A stretch of 64,000 nucleotides of DNA. It comes from Diadema antillarum (Eukaryota). The translations under genes were made by a program, and so were the position numbers. Below are positions 1 through 11,400 of this stretch, piece after piece (within the stretch, counting starts at the first letter, position 1; every line of letters starts with the position of its first letter). Below the pieces are notes generated by a model that saw only the letters and a program-made list of their open reading frames with translations, did not search any database and was not told where the DNA came from. The DNA is taken from the NCBI RefSeq assembly GCF_040938485.1, contig NW_027270906.1, positions 1 through 64,000 of the forward strand, given 5' to 3'.

Positions 1-1123
1 TGAACAACAGCGAAAAGGTCTACTGGTCAAACATTACTTATTCATAACGTTTATTAATTATTGACGAACAGAGAGAGCGAATACAAAGGGTACAACGCAA
101 CCCACAGTCATAAAATATCCATGATTATGGGGGACGAGCAACGTACTCTCAATTTTGTATGACATTTCCACACAAAGATAGCTTTTGGAACTCGGGTAGA
201 AATTGTTTTCCTGAATCTTCATAGTGCATGACACATTTCTCCAAATCATCTGTTCAGCAATGCCACCCTATAGCGATTTTTAAAGACAATTATTTACGAT
301 ATGTTTATCATTATCATTCCCTCGAAGGATTTTAATCAACATTGCTACTCTCTGTGCTGAATCATTCATTTTGTTTCTCAAATTAGATCTTTCATATTCT
401 ACCATGGAGCTTCTATACATGTTTCTACCATTCTCCAAGTTATCAAAGAGAAGCCCGATGAGCATTACGTATCACATTCAATGTCCCGAACTAATTCTGT
501 GATCACAGCGTTTAGTGAATCTATGTCAATTTGTATCTTTACTAGGAATGGAATTTGTTTTGTTTTTCTTCTTCTGCTATTCCTTCTCAGCAGACTGCAA
601 TAATCTATTCGATAGAACAATGTAGAATGCATGTGCAATGTAAAATCATTTTCCATTATTGGGTAATGAGTCATCAAGGAGTCAAGCTCTATATCCATTA
701 CAGACAGAAGTTACGATCAGACAATTATCTTTAACCTCGAGGATAGCTAACTTCGAGGGTAACTTTTATGGAGAGTCAAATGTCGAACAGACGATTTTGT
801 TACGAAATCAGTCATTTCGTTGGTGAAATGACTTATAGGTCCCTTTAACTGTCAATTGGAAATTCAATGGACCCCAAAGGTCAACATCAATGGTCAACAA
901 GTTTTATAACAGCCACAGATGTTAGGATAGCAACTTTTGGTAGGACGTCACTTCCCATAGCAACCACACGGCGACAGCCATTCAGGAAGCTGGATTCTTG
1001 TCGTTACAATGATAATTGCCATTCCAGCAAGAGTTACTATCACATCATTCTTTTTTTAATGAAACGAGGCCCAGAAGTTGATCCCTTTGCAAATACTAAT
1101 CCACGTTTTTTTCTTTCAACAAG

Positions 1124-4100
1124 CCGACATCACGGCCCTGATCGTCGTCCTGTTCCACATCACGGAGTTCTACCCGAGCACTTGGACGATGTTGTGGGCG
1201 TACAACATCCAGTGTCAGATCCACCGGTGTGCGAGGTTTGTCGGATTCAACTGTACCGTCTTCACCATGATGGCCATTGCAGTGGACAGGTGAGTGAGTA
1301 CACTGGACATTGATCTCTCTCATTCTCTTTTCCTTGCTGTCTACATTCAGCACGACATACAGACATAAACACCGTATATGTCGACAGAATCTATATAGAT
1401 GTAGACATGATTTAAATAGCCATGTAGAAATCATGTAGGCCTACATGTANNNNNNNNNNNNNNNNNNNNNNNNNNNNNNNNNNNNNNNNNNNNNNNNNNN
1501 NNNNNNNNNNNNNNNNNNNNNNNNNNNNNNNNNNNNNNNNNNNNNNNNNNNNNNNNNNNNNNNNNNNNNNNNNNNNNNTATCTTTCTATCCAACTTTTTC
1601 TCCAGCTTTTCTGCCCTTTTCTCTGCATATCTCTATATTTGTCTCTTTTTTCTCTTTCTCTTTTTCTCTTTCTCTTTTTTTTCCAGTTCTTCCAGTCTCT
1701 TCCTTCTCTCCGATTTGTCATTTCAAGTCAATACAATTTGATTTCTCTCTATCTGTTCTTCTTCTCTTTCTGTTCCTCATCCGATTCTTGTATTCTTTCT
1801 CTCAATCATCATTCTCTCCTTCCTCCTCTCTTTTCTTCCTTTGTCTTCCTGTCTCCTTCTTCTCTTTCTTTCATTTGCATCCTTGAGCAACTCACTCAGT
1901 CAGTAGTTCTCTCCTCACATAGACACTTTGCCCAGGTGTATTAAGTACGTACAGGTGAAAAGCTGAACATTGATGTGGTTGGATATTAATAGCGCCGCCA
2001 CAAGATAGCTTGAGTGGAATCCTTCCCAAGTGAATGATTAGAGTGCCCCTGAAGGCGTCCTGTAATCCCAGTGAAAGAAGCACTTGAGTGCAGGGAAGAG
2101 ATTCGATAAATTATGACGTGGTGGGAATCTTAGGAGCGTTATAATTTCTTTTCCTAACTTGCCCCCATCCCACCCCACCCCACCCTCGATTCCCGCGATT
2201 CCCGCGGCTCCCCCAGCTGGAAAGAACACTGTGTCCCACAGTATGTTAACATGGTGTTCACATTATCGACTATGCGAAAAACGCTCGAACATGTTGAATT
2301 TAACAGATGGAAGATTGTCTCACACCGTGGTGTGGTTTTTCACAGACTATTCACATAGTGAAATTCTGTTTCACACAGTGAATTGATGATTCACAATGTG
2401 TTCACACTGTGTTTCACACTTGTGTCACAGCGTGTTTACACTGTGTTTCACATTGTGTCATAACGTGTTCACACTGTTTCACACTGTGTCACAGCGTGTT
2501 TACACTGTGTTTCACATTGTGTCACAACGTGTTCACACTGTGTTTCACACTTGTGTCACAGCGTGTTTACACTGTGTTTCACATTGTGTCACAACGTGTT
2601 CACACTGTGTTATCACTACTTGTGTCACAGCGTGTTTACACTGTGTTTCACATTGTGTCACAACGTGTTCACAGTGTGTTTCACATTGTGTCACATTGTG
2701 GGACACTGTGTTCCATTTAGTAGGGCCGCCTTTCAGGTTGTCTTTATAAACAATAAGATATAAGACAGTTTTTACGCTCCATTTACAGAATGTGTATTTG
2801 GTTTTGTTAGATATCCTTTTTTTCAGCGTCCTTGCTATCCTTTCGTCAGTAACGAGGAAGCTTAGCAGTAGTGAGAAGTAGAAAGTCCATTAGGTGCATA
2901 TCCTTTGAACATTCCGGTATTTGCACTAAAGGAGTGCATCTGCCGAATTAAAAACTACGGACCACTGCAGGGCTTTTGGTGCGCGTATAAAGGAAACAAC
3001 CAGATTGCAGTTTACGTTGAATAAGTATCATTGTTTGGAGGGTGCAATACACTTTCAGTATACTTGCGTTCATGCGTGCATATCTCTGTGTCTTTGTGTG
3101 AATTAATGAGAGAACAAATGGAGAATATTGAAATATAGCTTCTCAGAGAAAAAAAAATAATGGAATTAATATTCAACCGAAAAGGCAAACCAGGGGAAAT
3201 CGAAAAATGAATTTCATCAACTTATTTTCCTTATTTTATTATTTCTCGCATGTAGGAAATACTGAATATTATGACATGAATATATCTACAAGCCTACATA
3301 CATATTTTACATCTATATCGCCCACTTGATCCGGCAAAGAGTAATTATCAATCAAATCACTGAGACTTGAGGTCTTCAGTTCATGCAACCAATATCTTGG
3401 AATTAGTTTTAATGACAGTCATATCCATCTGATGAATGCGAGAGAGTTCCGATTGCGATTTTTGCGGAATTGAAAAGTATAATCCATGGATATCTTGAGA
3501 ATTTGTGGAGATAGAATAGCAATTCTGACAAATCTCCCTACCCGTATCTCTATCTGTATTCATAATGATATTATGTATGGGACTGATTGCTAGCGCCCTG
3601 GGGTGCCATGTCATTGAAATAGATGGGCAAGGATTGCACGGGGGCGTCCTACTTGCTCGACACCCACGTGTCATAATTATAACGCCCACGAGCTAGACAT
3701 TGGAAAACGGTCCAAGAGACATACAGCCACGAGTCATGCCGACGAGTCAGACGGCCCACGAGCCTAGACACCAAGTAAAACAGGCCAACGACCCATATGC
3801 TATATAGATACTTAGGCCCCTTTGACCCACGAGCTCGACGCAAGCAAGAAATTTCCACAGACTCGACACTAAACATGAATTAAGCCCCGTGATCCACGTG
3901 TATATTCATATGTATACGACTGTTCAAGAATTGTTTTGTGAAAATTAGCGCATCCTCACAATAGATATAGGCCTATACCTTCCCCAATCCCCTTTATCTA
4001 ATTTTGATCACATATTCACTCTTGTGCTTATAAAACTCCACTTCTTCCTTTTCAAATTTCCTTTAAGTGGTCTATATCATTGTGGGATCCATACAATTAC

Positions 4101-6237
4101 GGAATCCCCCGGTTGGAAAACCAAATTAATGTGCATCATGTCCGTATGAGCATGTCCCAAATTTGTGATAATACTAATATCTTTGCCTCCTGTTATCATT
4201 ATAGCATCGCATTTCGTAGGACGCGAGTTCTCTCAGATCATTTTGCTACCAATTGCTCTATTTGATAGAATAAAGTCGTGTGACCCAAACATGCCTAAAT
4301 TTCAATGATTCATGTCCTCACCGCTTTAACCCAAGAATTGTAGTAGCTAGCTGGAAGTTCTGGCCCTTTTAGAACGTTTGTCCATGAACCTGTCTGTCTC
4401 AGTAGAAAAAAAAAATCACAAACTACCATCAAGGGTCTAATTCATAGCACCGGTAAGTATGTGTCACATTTATATCAATTCTATATCAGTGCTATTGATA
4501 TACCTTATTTCTGTTCAGGTCATTCACACTCATTCATCTGTCCTACTTTGCCTAAAGGAGAGAAGAGACGACCAATCAAAATCTGAATGTAGAGATGTAC
4601 TTAGCATGTTATGCTGGATGCAAAGTTTTCACTCAGCATGCGGAGAGGTATCTGAGTCAGGAAATCATAACATTGCACTATCAATGAAAGTTGTAAATAG
4701 AGATGATTTTGATCATGAAAGAGGCATAACTCTTAATGTCACTGAGTTCGTATCTAACAATAAGGTAGAGCCGAATACGGCAGGTTCTCGGAAGTGAACG
4801 CCATTAACAGAGCAAACCAGTGAAGTGGCCGCTACCGCATTGCCTCCGGATTATACCCTCATACCCTACGCATTAATCTTTCCCCGCCTCAATGGGCTGT
4901 TGCCATGGAACTATACGGCTAGCATCACAGTCCGATCATGCATCCCCGAAATTGAACGTTTTAATGGTTTTGTCATAACAGAGCGCGAGCGCCGAGGTTG
5001 TTTGCCCTTTGCTTGAAGGAAATTGAATCTTACTGTATGTTTGTAAACAGGAGAAAACATAGCGATTAGGAAAAAAAAAATAATCGTCTGTTTTTCCCCA
5101 AAGCTCTGTAAGGGAAGAGTTTTGGAGGAATCATGTACCATGTTGGAGTAAAGATTATTTTCTTACAAATTTGATTCGCCTACCCTGCGGACGAAATCCA
5201 TTATCCCCGAAGAACATGACGCGTTATAAAATCCATCAACCTTTCTAAGGTCGTTCAGTGAGTTGAAATAATTCACGGTACCTTGATGACTCTACTGAGG
5301 GGTGATTTAATCTATTTTGCCCTCACGTCTAATGTCATAGTGTATAAAATTATACATCATGTACTCATGTTCATTGTTGTATGTGTACTGTTGTTGTTTT
5401 TTATTTATTAAAGGAATTGAGGAAGAAGATGTGTTTATTCGAGTTTCTCATAAGTAAATAGATAAATGAATAAATAAATATATGAATATATGAATATATA
5501 TGTATATATATATATAAGAGAGAGAGATAGATGAATGAATAAATCAATAAATAACTGAATTAACAAATAAAGATGATAAAATAAAGATAACTCAATTGAT
5601 AGATAGATAGATATACATACTACATACATACATAAATAGATGGATAAATAACTAGATAAATAAATAAATGAATAAACAAGCGTGTCTATCTAAATCATGT
5701 CATCGTTGTCTCCTCAAGGGGACTTGAATTTTCCAGTGAGACTGGATGCGTACTAGACGGAGGAGCATACATGTATTGATATGAGCTACAAGAAATCCTA
5801 AAACCTCTCCGGCGCCTTTGTCCGTCGCTAATCCATGCGCAATGTTATCCGTGTTTTACGCAGATTAAATCTTTAACCTTGCCCAAGCCTTCCCTTGTGA
5901 GGACTTTTCAGCTTTAGCAAAATGTTATTTAATACAGGCAACATGACGCACGCACAAAGTGTCATGTATTATTGTCATTATTATCAGTATTGTTTTATTA
6001 TTATCGTAGTTACTATTATTATTATCATCATTACTATTATTACATTATCATTACTATTATCATTATTATAATTATTATCATTATTATCATTATTGTCTTT
6101 TTGTCTCACAGATTCTTCGCCGTAAAGGACCCTGTGGCCTTCAAGAGCAGATTTACGAGAAGGCGCACTAAACTGATCATCGTCTTCATCTGGCATCAGC
6201 CATCGTTGCTGCCATTCCTGTGGCCTTTATGTTTGAG
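1124..6237 (+). CDS. Class A (rhodopsin-like) GPCR, partial: exons 1124-1289 (TM2-TM3) and 6112-6237 (ICL2-TM4); apparent 1-bp deletion at ~6191-6194; other exons not found
   Basis: Exon 1124-1289 reads (A)DITALIVVLFHITEFYPSTWTMLWAYNIQCQIHRCARFVGFNCTVFTMMAIAVDR, with the TM3 Cys and the DR of the DRY motif, and ends at a gtgagt donor in phase 2. The cacag acceptor at 6111 continues in phase as FFAVKDPVAFKSRFTRRRTKLIIVFIW. Restoring one G gives ASAIVAAIPVAFMFE up to a gt donor at 6238. Confidence 0.8.
1450..1578. other. Assembly gap (129 N)
   Basis: Run of N in the sequence, followed by a CT-rich low-complexity tract to ~1900. Confidence 1.
2397..2710. repeat. Minisatellite with ~33-35 bp units alternating as a ~67 bp higher-order dimer
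   Basis: Alternating ttcacactgtgtttcacacttgtgtcacagcgtgt and ttacactgtgtttcacattgtgtcacaacgtg units, about 4.5 dimers. Confidence 0.9.
5980..6095. repeat. (ATT/ATC)n-type low-complexity repeat upstream of the GPCR acceptor
   Basis: tattattatcatcattactatt... tract; it explains the poly-Y/poly-I spurious ORF 5972..6241. Confidence 0.9.
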
Positions 6238-7009
6238 GTGACGCCCTCACTTGACAAGTTACAGTATAGTGTCCAATGATTTCGCTGATAATAAAGTAGG
6301 AAGGGGAAGATTTGAAGAAACACCACAATATAGGCCGATACTATAGTTGAAAGTCACTTCTTATTAGTTAGTACAGGGCATTCAATTTGGTCTGTCAGCT
6401 ATGTTCAATTATTGATATGCGTATAAGTGCGTCTGGCGTTTGATTCTCCACTCTCCCTCTCTCTTAATCTGTACCATATTTGTCATCATTCTCTAACTCC
6501 ATAAAAAAGACTGAAGGATCGCTAAATTTTTGTGTAAGAGTTCCTCAAGACACATCAAACAATTTTCTTGCAAAAAAAAATAGCAAAATCAAAATCAGTT
6601 TCTTTTGTTTTTTATTGTTTTGTTAATTTCTTATGTATTTTAGTGTTTTTTTACCTTTTGTTTTCTATTGGTTTTTTTGCCAAAATTTGTTGCAGGCACT
6701 TTTTCAAGCTTCTCTACATTACAATTGATTAATTTCACTGGTCAAAGGTTGAAACAATCTAGTTGATATCAAATTAACAAAAAAACACAATTTGCATTGG
6801 ATTTGCACACGATATCATGAATTTGAGCTATTTTCAGGTCGACATGCATTTATGTAAAACATTACATAACTGCAGAACGGTGTACCCGGACGTCGCAAAT
6901 TTGGTCTCAAAATATGCGGGAGACTTCAATGAAAAAAAGTCATGAGACGATGCGGCAAAATCTTTGCGCGTTGCGAAATCGTGGTGGGAAATGTTGGGGG
7001 GGGGGGGGG

Positions 7010-8291
7010 TCTACAGCATTCGCATCACTACAGAAGGCTCACAAGGTGCACATTGAGTGATTTTTTTTTTTGCCACTTCGAAGGGGCAATTGATGGAATC
7101 TGTGGGCCAGCAGAGCATTTTGTGTGGAAAGTAGTGTTAAAAACAATTGAGGCCATCACTTCAAATTTTCTGTCCCAATTTGAAATTATCATAGAATGGT
7201 TTGTCGGGGTTAATTACGCTTCAGGTACAGCGAACAGACTTTTGTTTTCAGAACAATGCAGAGATTAGACATTCAAACTGGTCTAAAAGATAAAAAAATA
7301 CAAGTCTCTAGACTTGAATAAACATGAATTCAACTAATACACTGTATTATTTGAGTTAATGTCATATGACTTACAATTTTTGTAAACTACTTTCACAATA
7401 ATATAAAACATTGCATTATGCTGGATTCCTATTATGCAATGACTACGCACACCACAATTGGCCATACACTGTACATACTACAATTTTTATACCGGTACAT
7501 TAGTTTTTGCTCTTTGATTTCTTTCCCCTTTATTAAAGGTACTCTTGATAAGGAACACATTAACTGTTTTGCTCAATAAAACAGGCTACTTTTGTGAATT
7601 ACTGTGAGTCATGATGAACAGTGATTGGCAAAGTTATAAAACTGTGGATATCACTTGACCCAGTCTTTAAAAGTGGTACTTTTTTTTAGTTTGTAATTTA
7701 TGCAAACTTTTTTTCTAGTCTTTTTTAACATGTACAAGTACAATGGTACTATACTGCATGAGTTTGATGATTGAAATAAGAGTTTAATGTCTTATCTGAT
7801 GTTTCTTAGCTTTAACTTTGCATTCTCATGGGGAAACATGTAATGATTTGAGTTAACACACAATTCTGTAACCACTGGACAAACCGTAACGTTACTAACC
7901 GTAACGTTACTAACCATGATTTTTGTACATAATTTTCAAACAAAGTTATAATAAGAAAGGATATTTGGGGTAGATATTGCCCTTAAAGCTAGAAATGAAA
8001 AATAAGTGTTGATATATTTCAAGCTATACCAGTTTTAGCAAACTTTTTGTTCAAAGATGCTCATCATTTTTTTATGTCCTTTTTTTGTAACGTTACTAAC
8101 CGGCATTAAAAGCAGACCTTTCTTCTAAAATAATTCATGAAATGATTTCATTCTTTGCTCTGTTCTAGGTCTACACTAGAATGATCTCTGGTGACATTAA
8201 TGAGACTTCACATCCACAGATAGAGAAATGAGTCTAATCTAAATCATGACAATGTCCCTAAAATGTAACGTTACTAACCGCGGAATTGCCC
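7010..8291 (+). mobile_element. One-ended, decayed Sola2-like DDE DNA transposon fragment
   Basis: KVHIE*FFFCHFEGAIDGICG at ~7045-7105 resembles the W.FF...HGKG..DG.GG transposase motif. Subterminal taacgttactaacc repeats occur at ~7887, 7900, 8087 and 8266. Terminus ggaattgccc ends at 8291. No matching left terminus was found. Confidence 0.6.
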
Positions 8292-8413
8292 ATCTAAAGA
8301 AAATTCTACATCTGAAATGGGTAAATCCATCATTCTAATCAAACATGTTTTGTGCATGCAGCAGCACACACTGGTCCTTTTTGGCTCTATAGTTCAGAGA
8401 TGTGTTAACTCAC

Positions 8414-11400
8414 CAGTCTTCAGTTCCTGAATGTCGTAGAATATCCTGAGGTTGGGGTCAAGCCCCTGGAGGGTGTCTACAATGTGCTTGGCTGCCTCCG
8501 AGTCAGCGTGACTGTAGGAGACGAAGACGTCGTAGCAGAATGGGTCACCATCGGACTCGGCCTCGCCCTCACCATCATCAGTCGCCATGACAGGCAAGGT
8601 CTTGATAAGCTGCTGACAGGTACTGGCTATCTTCTCAGATGAATCATCTCTGTTGAGGTGATAATCAAACAGACAAAGAATGCTACTTACAAACTTCAAA
8701 GACCAAACCGTAAGCCCCACTGCATGGATCCATCAAATGCATATAGAGTAGTGTAGACAAGAACTTTTGTGTGCACTTTAATTTTCGGAATATCGGTTCT
8801 CCTGAAATTCACAAAATAAAATGCATACAAAAATTTCTGGTTTTACAGCATGTAGAAAAAAATCGAACCAGGCTAGATGGTAATTACAGGTGTTCGTGTT
8901 ATTACTAGTGTTATTAATTACTGGTAAGAAACTGTATGCTAACCCATTTTGAAACAGTCTTTTAGATTTTTAGAAATATCTCCTTGTTTGTGTCAAACTA
9001 TCCAAAACAAGAATCCCAATTAACAAGCCCCACCTCCAAACAACTGGAGACCTCTGTCAATTCATCTTCACATCTGTCTTAAATCACAATAAATCTATTT
9101 GGAATACCAATGTTATATTCAAAGACATTGAGTAAGTTCATTGATTAGGGCTTAAAACTCCAAGACATAATGACAATCACCTTTATGATCAAAAGGACAG
9201 AAGACAACCCAAGCCTGAATATGAAATGAATGAGAATCAATACATTCACATTTTTACCACAACAAAAACTGCAATCTGATGTTAAAATATGGCCCTGACT
9301 GTATTCCAATGCTAACCATCACCTACATTTTACTCACCTGCAGTCAGCATACTGCACAAGACCCATGTAAGTGGGCAAGGTGACAGTTTCCACAAAGAAC
9401 GGTGCCAAAATATCCCTCTGAGCTTGGCGGTTACAGCACAGGGCAATGTTATACTGCTCCAAACAGTCTGGTGACTCCAAGTAGTTTGGACTCAACACTG
9501 TGACAGAAGACACAATTCTTTATGCATATTTCACTCATTTTGTGAAACACAGAGAACCCCTGTGTACCACATTTATATGAGAATTGATTGTATGGACAGA
9601 GAATTCACATAATTTTGAGAAACTGAGCTTTTGTCGGTACTTCTTTGTGTGAAAGGAATTGTGAACAGTTCTCTGCTCAATAGTTCACCATATGACTTTC
9701 CTCTAAGCCCAACCTGGCCAATAAAATTCATCTAACTGTACATATTTCAATACAAGTTTTGATGAATCATTTTGCTAAAACCTAGTTAATGAATAAATCA
9801 ATTCTAATCTCTAGTGATAGAGGATATCTACAACTGTAAGTCTGGGGGCTAATTTCACGAGGATTTTTGAAGCCATTTCAACTGACCATAATTATATACC
9901 TCTATCTTCAAGCAACTTAGAGTTAGCGACTGAATGGTTGTTTTCTAACTGTTGCCATAGTAACTGAAATCACTGAGATGTACACTGACTGCAAACCCCC
10001 TTAACCTATTGAGGACGAATCCCGAGTATACTCGGGCAAGTGTCTATGGGAAATGCCTGTTGTAGCAAAATCAGCCTGTCCTCAACGGGTTAAATATCTG
10101 GCCGCGTGGTGAATTTTTACATCTATATAATAAGACTACAACTGACCAGTGATGACCCGGGCACACCTGGTCATAACAGAGTAGATGTCCTGCTGCCAAA
10201 TAGCATCTCCGTCCACCTTCTGCTGCGAGGCGTAGATTCGTACGTCAGGCTTGAGCTGCTGTAGAGTGGCCTGGATGTCGTCGACTACCTTCTGGTCTTT
10301 GTTGCTGTACGACAGGTAGACATCGAAGTCCAGTTCGACTTCCTGTGGGAGAGAAACAATGAGAAACCCCTCATCGTAACATCACTCTAGTAACAACAAA
10401 AGCACTTATTCTCCTTTTCCTCTGGAGTAGAAGAAAGTCAAATGGGGATAACAGATGATAAAATGTCAATTTATGTTATATGCTTCCTTTCTGTTGACAG
10501 GAAGACTTGCATTGAGATACTTTATCACACATTGTATCATTTACATTGCTACATACAATAACACATTGTAAAGGTGTGATGAATTAGGTGACCTTACAAA
10601 ATAAGGTATGTTTGACAAAGCACACACATATGTCCAAAAATGTACAGGAATGGCTGGTAACACTTTTATTCAATTCATGCATGATGTTGTGTTGATTAAT
10701 AATTCTCAAAATAATTCAAAAAAGGCACAAATAACAAAAATTAAATACTGTATTGTTGGCCGCAAAGAAGGATTTCAAATAAGATGCACAGGAATTTTTT
10801 TCTTCTGTGTTTCTTCTACGTCCCTTCTGTCAAACGGCATGAAGAATGGTATGGCACCTCCAATGGCATGGAGATACCTTAGACTCTTTATGGGACATTG
10901 AAATTATGTAATTTATTGCACAGCTTGCAGGGAATGAGTCATATTACAATTACACTCTACCTTTGTGATGGAGAGTTTGGTCTCGAACCTCTCCTTGAGA
11001 TCAGAGAAGAGCTTGAGGATGTCGTCATCATTTGGTCTCTGGAGGATCATCGCTGCCTTTGTCTTGCTGAGGACCTTGGCATAGATGACAATCTTGAGGA
11101 GGCGGAGAGGAAGACCCGCCTTCATCCAGCTCACAGCATTCTCCACCATCCCTTTTAGCATCTCACACTCATCACATCCCTGGGGTTATTCAAGGCAGCA
11201 AAGTTGACATCAAGTACTGTAAAGTCAAGTTGTACTCTTAAAACAAATGTACAATTGACTGTTATGGTAAAAAGATATTTTTTTCAACTCCAGGAGAAAG
11301 TTGTCTATTCCTGTTTATGACTCTATATCCCAACAGCTTTCTTTACCATCTCTTTAAGCATTTTGCCTTCATCATATTACTAACGTCATTTCAGCAACAG

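Noticed and set aside
867-1313. 148-aa ORF
   Set aside because: It overlaps the GPCR exon in another frame and has no recognisable motifs.
3541-3600. PVSLSVFIMILCMGLIASAL as a GPCR TM5 exon
   Set aside because: There is no acceptor AG, stops lie immediately upstream, and it is located before the TM4 exon.
6942-7268. 108-aa ORF as a host gene
   Set aside because: It is a chimeric frame across a repeat junction; only the transposase-like remnant is meaningful.
7880-8280. Reiterated 14-16 bp motifs here and at 14736-17380 as a CRISPR-like array
   Set aside because: Spacing is irregular, the motifs occur in both orientations inside TIR-bounded elements, there are no cas genes and the context is eukaryotic. 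They are transposon subterminal repeats.
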